A DNA stretch of 64,000 nt from Octopus bimaculoides (Eukaryota). Each line of letters opens with the position of its first letter. Within the stretch, counting starts at the first letter, position 1. Location: the NCBI RefSeq assembly GCF_001194135.2, contig NC_068993.1, positions 40,586,112 through 40,650,111 on the forward strand, in the 5' to 3' direction. Under the pieces are notes generated by a model. The model did not search any database, had not been told where the DNA came from, and saw nothing but the letters and a program-made list of their open reading frames with translations. Shown one piece after another: positions 26,521-38,078 of this stretch. A program made the position numbers and the translations under genes.

Positions 26521-27397
26521 TGTGTGTCTTTGTGTCTGTCCCTGTCCCCTTCCACCACTTGACAACCAGTGTTGGTGTGTTTGCATCCTTGTAACTTAAC
26601 AGTTTGGTAAAATAGACTGATAGAATAAGTACCAGGCTTAAAAAAGTACTGGGGTTGATTTGTTCAACTAAAAATTCTTCAAGGTGGTGCCCCAGCATTG
26701 CTGCATTCTAAGCCTGAAACAAGTAAAAGGTGAAAGATAAAAAAGTGATATATATGCATATGTGTATATACGAGTGTGTGTGTTTTTGTCTTGAATTTGC
26801 ATGATAGCTGTGTGTAAGTGTTACTGTCATACATGCAATGTCATTCATTTCTAATATTCTGTGAAAGCATGTCGGGCCTTGGGAAAATATTACATTGCTT
26901 GGAAAACGGGTGAAGAGTCATGACAGGAAAGGCATCTGGCTGTGGAAAACCTGCATCGAAAAACTGTATCTGACTCATGCAAGCATAGAAAAGTGGACAT
27001 TAAAATGATGATGATGGTGATGATGATTTTGTTGTGTCTGGAAGGGTGAAAAATGATGTTGACTCTGATTGGACAGTAAGTGATATGTTGGTTTCAGAGT
27101 ATGGCACAAGGCCAGCAATTTTAGAGGAGGGGTTAAGTTGATTACATTGACTCTAGTGTCCGACTGGTGCTTATTTTACCAGCCCTGAAAGGATGAAAGT
27201 CAAAGTTGACTTTGGTGGAATTTGAACTCGGAATGTAAAGACAGATAAAATACTGCTAAATATTTTGCCTAGCATACTAACAATTCTGCAAGCTCATTGT
27301 CTTTATAGTGAGAGACATAGTAAAAGATAAAAAACCTGCTTAGATTTTGATAAGATCAAGTTTATCACTTGAAGATCATAGTAAAATTTACTCTATA

Positions 27398-27793
27398 GGC
27401 GTAGGAGTGGCTGTGTGGTAAGTAGCATGCTTACCAACCACATGGTTCTGGGTTCAGTCCCACTGCGTGACACCTTGGGCAAGTGTCTTCTACTAATAGC
27501 CTCGGGCTGACCAAAGCCTTGTGAGTGGATTTGGTAGACGGAAACCGAAAGAAGCCCGTCGTATATATGTATATATATATATGTTTGTGTGTGTGTGTTT
27601 GTGTTTGTCCCTCCAACATCGCTTGACAACTAATGCTGGTGTGTTTACGTCCCCGTAACCTATCGGTTCGGCAAAAGAGACCGATAGAATAAGTACTAGG
27701 CTTACAAAGAATAAGTCCTGGGGTCGATTTGCTCGACTAAAGGCGGTGCTCCAGCATGGCCACAGTCAAATGACTGAAACAAGTAAAAGAGTA
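27398..27793 (+). mobile_element. Near-intact SINE family A (tRNA head, CORE-like block, internal (TA)/(TG) microsatellite, gtaaaaga tail)
   Basis: ggcgtaggagtggctgtgtggtaag (A-box region), gggttcagtccc (B-box), accttgggcaagtgtcttc (CORE-like), internal gtatatatgtatatatat..gtgtgt, 3' end aaatgactgaaacaagtaaaagag. CpG-rich, so relatively young. Confidence 0.9.
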
Positions 27794-29433
27794 CAGTTTC
27801 TGGAAAACCAACTAAAGTAACCCATCATATGCTCATACTTCAAAATAGAGAAGTCAGCTCATAACACCATATCTCTGAAGAAGGGATCTTAACCTCAAAA
27901 TATTGAAATATAAGGTAAATGTGCATACCATCAACTAGTATTATTTCTTATATGTATCGTTTTCATCATCTTCATCATCATCGTTTAACGTCCGCTTTCC
28001 ATGCTAGCATGGGTTGGACTTTATTTGACTGAGAACTGGTGGACCAGGAGGTGACACCAGGCTCCAATCTGATTTGGCACAGTTTCTACAGCTGGATGCC
28101 CTTCCTAACACCAACCACTCTGAGAGTGTAGTGGATGTTTTACGTGCCACTGGCACAAGGGCCAGTCAGGCGGTACTGGCGATGGCCACGCTCGAAATGG
28201 TGTATTTTATGTGCCACCTGCACAGGAGCCAGTCCATCGGTACTGGCAACGATCTCGCTCATTTTGGCTTTTAAAAAAAATTAAGAACATTTACCTGTAT
28301 TAGGCAATGCTTCATGTAAACTATACTTCTCACCTATATTTTGTTTTATTGACTCTGAGAGTGTGGAAAATGATGATGCCTCTGATTAAGAAAATATACT
28401 AAAACAAAACATATATATGTATTTTGGTAAAGTCCCTCAATTTGGTAAAGTACCTCAAAGATCACAGTGAAAATTCTTGCTATGTAGGAAAACATTCAGT
28501 TGGGGTATCTTGTTGAATGTGTGTACGTGGAAAGGTAAATGGGGTGCATGTCAATTGAGTCCTGTGTGTGTGTTTGTGTTTGTGTGAGCTAACTCCTCCC
28601 ACTTCCATCTTTCTTTTCTAAATGTCGTTTTATGGTTTTCCCCTGTTTGTCCTTTGCTCAAAAGAATCATTTGGTAAAAATTAATTCAGACTCGAGTTTT
28701 CCTGTCATTAATATGTCACATTGTTAACAGAAATCTACTTCAATGGGACTCTAAATATGCATAAATAACAATACACATACCACACCTGAGTTCTCCCACA
28801 ATTCAACACAGGAAGCACAGATATTGTCACTAGAAAAAAAAAACATTTTTTCCTCACCTTAATATTTCTTTATCTATTGATTTTATTGGCTGTTCTTTTT
28901 CCTTATATTATTTCCTGGGTGGTATGTCTTTTTTTTTTATCTCTGAGATACAAAAGAAAATGTTGTTTTGTTGGAAAATGGTCTTAACAATGGCAACAAA
29001 AGAACACCAGAATTTGTTTAATGTGTTTCCAACCGTCAGTCTTGAATAAACGTTAGATTGAAGATACCTTTGATCTGCAGCACAGGTTGCAGTGGTTGTG
29101 GTGGTGGTGAGAAAGATTTGGGTTGGGGTACTGGTGGATGGGTTGGTGGGTGGGTTACCTCTAATATCTTACCCTCTTTTATTGTAGATCCCAGTGTATT
29201 GTTAAGTTTCTTCTGTGGGCGTAGTCCTGTTTTTTTTTTGTTTTATTTTGTTTTTAGAAAATGTTTCCTCAAAACCCCTTCCCCAGTCTTACCCTGTCCC
29301 TCATAACTTGAGGTGATCTGGTGCTTGCTACTCCCAACATGTTACCAATATTTGTGGTATGTTGATGACATTTGATGAAAATGGCTTAATCTGAAGGAAA
29401 AGAAAATTTTTGTGTTTTAAAATTCTATTAATT

Positions 29434-29577
29434 CATTCTGAGTTCAAATTCCACTGACATCGACTTTGCCTTTCATCCTTTTGGGGTTGATAAATTAAGT
29501 ACCAGTTGCGTACTATTTCTATCTAATCGACTAGCCTCCTCTCCAAAAATTTCAGGCCTGTGCCTATAGTAGAAAGG

Positions 29578-29612
<35 letters not shown>

Positions 29613-30120
29613 GGTGGTGAGCTGGCAGAATCGCTAGCATGCTAGACAAAATGCTTAATGGTATTTCTCCTGTCGCTCCATTCTGAGTTCAAATTTCGCC
29701 AAGGTTAACTTTGCCTTTCATCCTTTCAGGGGTCGATAAAATAAGTACCAGTTGAACACTGGGGTCGATGTAATCGACTCATCCTCACCTCCAAACTTGC
29801 TGCCTTGTGGCAAAATTTGAAACCATTATTATTATTATCATTATTATTATTATTATCATTATTATTATTATTATTATCATTATTATTATTACGATTAAGG
29901 CAGTGAGCTGGCACAATTGTTAACATGCTGGGAAAACTGCTTAGCTGCATTTTGTCTGTCTTCTCGTTATGAGTTCAAATTCTGTCAAGGTTGACTTTGC
30001 CTTTCATCATTTCGGGCTTGATAAAATAGGTACCAGTTGAGCACTGGGGGGGGGTCGACGTAATCGACTTAACTCCTCCCCTAAAATTGCAGGCTTTGTG
30101 CCAAAATTTGAAATCATTTT
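29434..30120 (+). mobile_element. Head-to-tail array of three SINE B copies separated by (ATT)n tails (29434-29579, 29611-29826, 29897-30117)
   Basis: Three successive ctgagttcaaat...actttgcctttcatc...gataaa..agtaccagttg units with ATT runs between them. Confidence 0.85.
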
Positions 30121-30154
30121 TTATAATAATAATGATGATGATTTCAAATTATTA

Positions 30155-30350
30155 TCATTCAGTGGTCTTATTTCTATTGTATACTTTAACTGCTCTACCG
30201 AGCACAGCTCTGTGTGCCTTTGGTATGTGCTGTGGTTTGTTGTGTTGTTATTTTTACTGTATTGAAAGTGCTCTGCATAGGATGTGTGCAATGCTTGGCA
30301 GCGCTATCAGCTGTGTGTCCAGAAACTTCAAATACAAATTGATGTAGGCT
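30155..30350 (-). mobile_element. Second R4/Dong LINE 3' end (last codons plus 3' UTR)
   Basis: Shares tactgtattgaaagtg..tgcataggatgtgtgca and ctgtggtttg with 1-75. Reads ...AHILCRALSIQ* and ends in an AAT-type tail. Confidence 0.75.
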
Positions 30351-30914
30351 AGAAGGGATTATTAACCCAGCTCACTTTGGTCAACCATTCTTGTGCTGGG
30401 GACACAATAAAACTCACCAAGTAAACTTTGTAAAGTATTTGGTGCCGGTCTTAGACACCAGACCAAAAATGGAACACATAGGTGAAATGTGGACTTTTCA
30501 AGCTACATTGCAGGCTGTCCAGCTAGGAGAATATGGACTTGGTGTAGTTCTTGATGGTGACCAGAAAATTGAACTTAATTTAATGATGCTGTTGGCAATG
30601 ATGATGATGGTCATTTCATCGTCTTTTAAGCGCATCGATTTACTATACATTTGGCATCTTCATCACCACCACCATCATTTTAATGTCTCCTTTTCCATGA
30701 TGCAAGTTTCCTATATCTGGATGCCCTTTTTGTCCCTAACCCTCACCTGTTTCCAAGGGAGGTAATGTTTCCTAATGACCAGATATGTTTCCAGAGAAGA
30801 TTGGAAATGAAGGGCGTTGCCTGTGTGATGGTGCCACTTGCTTACAACTATCATGCAATTTCAAGACAAGGAAGCACAAACACACACACTTGCATGCACT
30901 TGCACAAGCATACT

Positions 30915-30960
<46 letters not shown>

Positions 30961-31245
30961 TATATATGTACATTTATCTGACTCGTTTCTTATAGCTTCC
31001 ATCTACCAAATCCACTCACAAGTTTTTAGTCAGCTTGGGCTATATACTAAAAGACACTTGCCCAAGCTGTCACCCAGTGGAATTGAACTTGAAACCATGT
31101 GGTTTCCTAGCCTATTAGTAATAAATGATATTTTGGCTTTGTCAGTAGACAAAATTAGTTTATAATGGCAACTTAGCCACCTTTATATTCAAGAAATCTC
31201 TATTCTGAATGTACCGTAGTAGATCACAAATCTCCTATGGTACCT

Positions 31246-31465
31246 TTAACCTTTTAGCATTCAGTTTATTCTGTTGAATGTGATACATATTCATTCACAT
31301 TGATTTGAGTTAATCATGTATTATCTTGCAGCTTCGAGATTTCAATGATGTGATTGTTTATTTTTAGTATGGCATTGTGGGTTAGGTGTAAGAGACCAGA
31401 TCTGGCCTGTTTGAGCATTAAACAAGCAGAATATTTTGGCCAGATCTGAAATGCTGAAGGATTAA
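31246..31465. mobile_element. piggyBac-type MITE-2 (TTAA target, short TIRs)
   Basis: TTAA-ccttttagcatt ... aatgctgaagga-TTAA. Partial copies at about 13005-13170 and 43110-43170. Confidence 0.7.
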
Positions 31466-31539
31466 GGCAAGCACTTACTGGAAATTTAATTTGATAAAGG
31501 TTTATTTTGGTTTGTTTGTCTCCAGTAAAATATTAGTAA

Positions 31540-31625
31540 ATACCTTATTTTCTGGCATACAAGTTGAATTTCTGCAGCTAAAATTTACTGACAAAAAAAA
31601 GAAGGTTGACTTATACACCAAGATG
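31540..31625. mobile_element. pogo/Tigger-like terminal remnant
   Basis: taccttattttctggcatacaagttgaa...ggttgacttatacacc resembles the TACCGTATTTTC..CGTATAAGTCGA...GGTCGACTTATAC termini I recall for pogo/Tigger MITEs. Confidence 0.4.
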
Positions 31626-32370
31626 ACTTTAGTGAGCCAAAAACTCCATGTAAAACACACCAAAATTCAGAAAGTGACAATATTTGTTTGTTTTCAGTAC
31701 ATACTACATCAACTTCCATGCTGGAAAATCCTGTATATTTTTGTGTATCATCACATTTTAGACATTTTAGCATAATTGTAAATTATTGCAAATTATCAAT
31801 GGTTCTTTTCTTGTTATTTCGTTTTGTCTTTATCCTTCTCTTTGAGTTTTGGAAGTTAAAAATCTTTACTAATAAGACAATGCTAGCTGCGATCAGCTTA
31901 TTCATATTTATTCTTTGAGTAAGTTTTGATGTTGACCTTAAACGTACATCATCTAGTCATTGAATTACTACTGTTGCTCTGGTTCCATTCTTGTACCGTT
32001 TTCCATTTTTTTGTATTGTTGTTTTTTATTTTTGTTTTTATGTGTATCTGTATCTACATTTTGTTTTTGGCTTTATTGCAATATACTCTCTTTGTCACTT
32101 TCTCTTTCATTTATATTTGCATTTCTACGTCTTTTTACTTTTGTCATTATCCTTTTGGCTTAAGCACACTTGTGCGGCTTGCTTCTTAATCCTGAGCTTC
32201 AGGGGATAACAGATAAGAGTTTAGAGAGAAGCTATACGATATACACGTCTTAAAAACGGGCACACTTATCTATACAAACATGTACGTACATACATACACA
32301 CACACGCAAACAGACACACATGCAAACACATTCATACATACTCATAAATATATCCGCACACCCCTGCATG

Positions 32371-32424
<54 letters not shown>

Positions 32425-33768
32425 ATACTTCCACACACATATATCTATACACACAACCACCCTCACACACACATATATATATATATATATAATCACAAAC
32501 ACATATACATATCCACACATACATGCATACAGTCATGCATATGATCATTACTTATCTTCTCGTTTTATCCACATTCTTGTCTCAATTGTATGCTTTGCAT
32601 TAGCTCTTCCTCTTCTTCTTTTTCTTCTTCTTCTTCTTTTTCTTCTTCTTCTTCTTCAGCCCTTCACATTCATACTGAGGCAATAAATAATAAACACAGA
32701 CATCAATTAGTGCTAAAGCTGCTTACTCTGTTCTGTTTCGGTTAAAACCATTAAAACTTTACCATTATTTTTTTTTTTTTTTCTGCATGGAAGCAGCAGA
32801 GTGTATGATGATGATGCAGTTACTTTGATATCGAGTTATTCTGTTAAGTTGTGACACAATAACTGCTGTGATAATCAAAAGGAGATTTCCTTTGACTCTG
32901 AATTTATGTAGAATTCCACTGATTTACACTGCAGAGCAGCAACATGTATATACCTTTACAGAGTTAACACTTTCACCCAACAAACAACCTTATTACTATT
33001 ATTATTTTAATCATCGTCATCATTATTTTTATTATCTTAATTTTCATCATCATCATCATTGTCATTATCATCATTATTTTTGATTTGATTCAGGTTTGTT
33101 CATATTCCTTGTAGAATTTACGTGGGTAGCAAGTTTCAAACTCTAACCTTATATATCCACAAGCTAAAGTGCTTAAAGCCCTCCTGATAATCTTTCTGGT
33201 CCCAACACTAGGCAAAGCTTAGCAACATTTCATTCACCTTCATGTTCTAAGTTGAAATTCTGTTGAGGTCAATTTTGCCTTTTATCCTTTCGGGGTTGAT
33301 AAAATAAGTACCAACTGGACACTGGGGTCAGTGTAATCGACTTAACCCCTTCCTCAAGATTGCTGGCTTTGTACCAAAATTTGAGGTCTTTCCTGTCCCT
33401 AAGAGGAAAAGTTTCTGTAAAAGCTCTACAGGACATTCAGTTTGAATCTCCTTCAACCATTAGTCTATATTATTATTATTTTTATTATTATTACTATTAT
33501 TATTATTATTATGGCTGCCATACTGTAAAGTCATGGAAATTTGAAGCTCTGTAAGTTGAAATAATGTTTGTAATCTTTTCAGCCTTCTAAAGCCCCATAT
33601 TTTCATTTTATTGTTAGCATTGCATTTCTGAGAGTGTCTGGACTGCACAGATAATATTTTTGTGTAGAAACACCCCCTGTTTTGCAGGGGGTGCACATCA
33701 ATATTTTCTTGAATCTTAACAACTTTTGGAAAAAATAATATTTTGCTGTTTCCATTATTCAGTTAAAG

Positions 33769-35692
33769 ATGGCTGATAAAGAAGTCGTCATAGAGTTGAC
33801 AAAGGAATGCATTCCTAGTCGGAGAAAAATGAGAACAAAAATATAAAATGGCCTAAACTTAATGACTTCACCAAGGCGAATATTGTTCTGTCGCTAAGCA
33901 ATGTCAAAACATTCAGTGATGACAATGACAACAAGAACAACAGCAACAACAGTAGCAGTGACCACCACCACAACAATGATACTGACAAAGTGAAATTTAG
34001 AAACATGAATATCACCACTTCCACTGCCTCCACAACCACCTCTACTGCGAAGCAAGTTTCTTTTGTGATTGCAGCAAGAAATTTGGAGAATTTCTCCTAG
34101 AGATGAAGACAATCTAAAAATGGCCAGCAAAATTGTAAAAAGGAATGTGAGAAGGGTAGCTCTAAACCCTCCATCCGATATGATAGAAAATATCTTAAGA
34201 CGCATGGTCAAATACTGCTGTATCGGAGTTAAGTCACGCCAGGTGGAAAATGCTCCTGAAATCAAATTTTAAAAATGCCATGGGCACGTGTGGGATCAAA
34301 AGCCCCACAGCACCTGAGGAAAGAAACTTGGAACTATTGAGTTGAGATTTGGGATGGAAGAAGAAGCAAGGTGTCATCCCGCAATCACTTTGAGGAATGA
34401 AAATTTCATCTTAATCCCCAGCTATCATGGCCAATGCCTTGCCAAGGTCAGTGTGTTGAATGTGCCACCCAAAATATCCATCACCTGGTTAGTGGCGGCT
34501 GTCTCAGCAGGTTAAGAAGATGAAATGACAATATTGGAGGTCAAGAAAATACCTAAGCAAAACTGGTCAGGTATAGGTATGGAACTGACCTTACAATGCA
34601 AGCAAGACCATATCAACCAGCTACCTGATCTAATTGATCTCCCAAATGGTACTCACCTGTCAGTGTTAGTGGAGGGCAGGAAGCCAAGATGCCACATATG
34701 TGGATCTGTAAGTCACTTAAAGCTTTTCTGCCCTGTAACAAGAAAAAACTAAACTCTTACTGCTATCAACACTACAAATTCCACAAATGCAAGATCATGA
34801 CCAAGTGCTCAAGACTCCCACACCCATGCACTCACCTGCTCCCAAACCAAGACAAAGAAAGAGTCTACTCATGGTTGCCATGGTAAAGCAAGCTTCTCCT
34901 GAATGCTCTGCTTCCAAAACCAATATCAACTGCAATGACACGGAGAAAGAAGAGCTGAATGGTCAATGGCTCACAGTGACAAAAGAGGGTAGGTGAAAGA
35001 GGAGGAGAGTACAAAGCCCTACTCCAAGAACTCAACAAAAGGATATACAGAAACAACAACTGCAGCACAATTCACAACCGCTCCGACAAGAACAAGAACT
35101 TCAAAAACAGCAACATCATCAACAGCATGAAATCACAGAAACACAGAAACAACCAATGACTGAACTTTTAAAATAAGAATATTCATCAGACTGTAGACGA
35201 AATGTATCCATCAGTTTCACTATTGTGAACAAGTGCAACAGTGAATTGATGTATTTTGTAAGTCAAAACAAAAACTAAATGGACAGAAGGAAAAGAATTT
35301 GAGAATTTCATCCTCAAAACGCTGAATATCAGATTTTTAATTGAAACATCATCAGACATTTATAAAACTATAAAAGAAAAATTCCCATGTGGGGATTTTT
35401 TAAAAATCAGTTGTTAAAAGGCTGTTGGAAGGGCCTTTAAAAAAATGTTTGCTAATAGAGAAGCCTTCTGCGTGTTACTGGTTAGTGCAAGGCCTGAAGA
35501 GTGGACTTATGTCCACATAGGTGATGAGAGGAGGCGGAATGGTGAGTTGAATGAAAAGACCTTTCCTTGAAGAACAGATAAGGGTTAATGACAGCAGGAA
35601 TATCCAGTTGTAAGATGTGGTATCAATAATGTGTGTTCATCTAATACATGCTTACATGATAAAACAGATATAGAATGAATAAATGAATGAAT
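33769..35692 (+). mobile_element. Decayed non-LTR retroelement ORF1 (RRM-like region plus CCHC zinc knuckle), no ORF2 seen, (GAAT)n-like tail
   Basis: Frame 34069-34752 (3 internal stops) reads ...KKLGTIELRFGMEEEAR...LIPSYHGQCLAKVSVLNVPPKISITWL...LPDLIDLPNGTHLSVLVEGRKPRCHICGSVSHLKLFCP, with Cx2Cx4Hx4C at 34690-34731. A basic WLTVTKEGR.KRRR segment and a Q-rich region follow. Tail gaatgaataaatgaatgaat at 35673-35692. Confidence 0.75.
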
Positions 35693-37031
35693 TCTGTTAG
35701 TGGAAATGGGATGGGGAAACCCACACACACATAAAAATATATGTGCACATAAACAGAGAGAGAGAGAGAAGCAGATAGATAGGAGAGAGAAAAAGATTTT
35801 ATATCTAATTTTGATATTTTTTCATGTTAGGTATTTTATTAATATTTTCACATTCATTTCTTCTTGCGTTGATTTTGTGGATTGTTTACTTTTTTCTGGA
35901 GCAGTTGTTTCTTCATTTGGAAGTTTTTTTTTCCAGGTTCTTCCTCTCATTAACCCTATAAAATCTTGTGATAGGGTGAGGAACTTAGGACAAGAGCTGA
36001 CTGACTGAAAGCAGCAGACTTAGTTAGAACAAGAGCCGTCTTTTAAAATTTCAAAATTTGATCTTCTGATCATGTGGTCAGTAGTATCCCAGCACTTCCA
36101 CACCACAGCTTCTTCTATCCTTTTCAATTGGCAGATTCCAAAGTTTGTTGTCCTCTCTATCATCCAGCATATTATCAAGTCCTTCTGCTCTAATGTGCAA
36201 GTTTTATATGAACTTAATCTTTAATGTAACTTATTTCATTGTAAACTTTCACCTCACTCATATCCCTCTCTCTCTCCTCTTTCTTACACTGGAATTCCTT
36301 CCTCTTCCACATGTGACCATTACTAGCCTCATTCTCAGTCTAACTTCTCTGTTGTTAATGTGCATTCCCTTTCTCTCTCTTCCTCGTTCTGTCTATCTCT
36401 TGCTGCCTCTAGTCTCTCTCTCTCTCTCTACAATTTTAAGGAACAACAAACATGCTTTGCATTAATTAGAAGTAAAATGCCCAAGTTCAATTAAGTCTGT
36501 AGATTCAGTACGGCCCCTGCCACCAGCCACCTCCGGTGCTTTTCTCTAAATGTGATTGTCTGGCAATGTTATTACTGTAGTTTTGGTCTGTCTTTCACCA
36601 GACTGATATTTAATGGCAATACATTATCATCTCTTGTCATTTGATAAAGTTTGTTTTAAAACTTCCTCTCTGCAAACAGGAAATTGTGGATTGCCATCTT
36701 TTTTTCTTATCCACTGCATCTGCAAATGGTGCTGAGTGAACAATGCATTCCATTTGATACGGTTCATTGATCAAAATGCCGTCTCCTGCGATCATGGCTC
36801 CGTCTGTAAATGGATTTTGGTTTGAAAGAACAGAAAAACCACTTGTCCTCTTTCTGTATGTGTGCGTTCGTGCAGATGGATGTGTGCATATTTGTGTCTG
36901 TATGTGTTCAGGTGTGCCTGTGCGTTTGTATTTATGTCTATGTACCTGTGTGACTATGTATGTGTTTACAGAGATATTTGCAAGTGCATGTATGTATATG
37001 TGTATGTGAGATGTATGCATGTGTGTATAAT

Positions 37032-37064
<33 letters not shown>

Positions 37065-37945
37065 GATATATTTTATATGTGTGTATATATGTATGTATCA
37101 GTCTATGTCTTATGTATATATTTGTGTGTTTTTGTACTGTTTTCATGTTTGATTTCCTCTTTTTCTAATGGTGCATATAGCTGAGAAAGAGAGGAGGAGG
37201 AGGAGGAAAAGAGAGAGAGAGAAAAAAGAGAGTTAGCAGAGGAAGGGTGGGTTCAGGTGTTACTATGTGACATTACATTTGTCACTGGTAGCATGTTTAA
37301 TCAGTATTCTGCTAATGTCCATGTTAACCACTGTGAATGCCTAAAGCTACTATAGTGGTGGTGGTAGTGGTGAGAGTAGTAGTAGTAGTGGTGGTGGCAG
37401 TGGTAATAATAGTATTCAGAGTAGTGGAGGTGGTGGTGGTAATATTATTGGTGGTGGTTGTAGTAGTAGTGGTGGTGGTGGTGAAAGTGGTAGTGGTAGT
37501 AGTAGTCATTGTCATTGTTGTTAGCACAGTTGTAGTAGTCACCCACCTGAAGTAGATACTTTCTTCACACATTATGCACACTCATCACTGTCACACTTGT
37601 TTATTCCATCCATTATAGTCACTCAATTGTTTCATAGTAAGCACGATAATGGTTTTGTTTGTTTGCGTCTGTCTATGTACATATGTGTGTTTGTGTATGA
37701 GTGTGTGTGTTTCCTTTCTTTTTTTTGTCTCCTCTCATAAGCTGGTTTGGGAGTTTCAAGGTCTGTGGCTGCATAAAACAGTCTTAATTGAGCTAAAGTG
37801 AGAGCATCTATGTGGTCCTTCAATGTGCTAGAAATAACTGCCAATTTCCTTTGTGTCAATTCTGCTTTATTGTCATACAGAAAATGAAAAACACATTGGA
37901 GAATTTAGTTTTGGATCAGAGATTCTGGAACTTTTCCTTTTTAGG

Positions 37946-38078
37946 GTACCCCTTCATTATGTCCAGCAGTGTTGGAGTACCCCCTCGTTATGTTATGCAG
38001 TATTGGGTACCTCCTTCATCATGTTTGGTAATGTTGGTGTACCCTTTCATCATATCTGGCAGTATTGGGCTGCCCCTT
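37946..38078 (+). repeat. ~31-bp minisatellite, about 4 units (gtacccc.tcat.atgt...gcagt.ttgg)
   Basis: gtacc recurs at 37946, 37977, 38007 and 38039. Confidence 0.85.

Noticed and set aside
27398-27470. tRNA-like A/B boxes in SINE heads
   Set aside because: No complete cloverleaf or acceptor stem, and they continue into SINE bodies, so they are not tRNA genes.
28488-28540. AG...AAG|gtaaat candidate micro-exon
   Set aside because: Weak pyrimidine tract and no homology; many such pairs occur by chance.
29120-29154. Potential G-quadruplex (five G3+ runs)
   Set aside because: Part of a degenerate (GGT/GGGT) simple repeat with no functional context.
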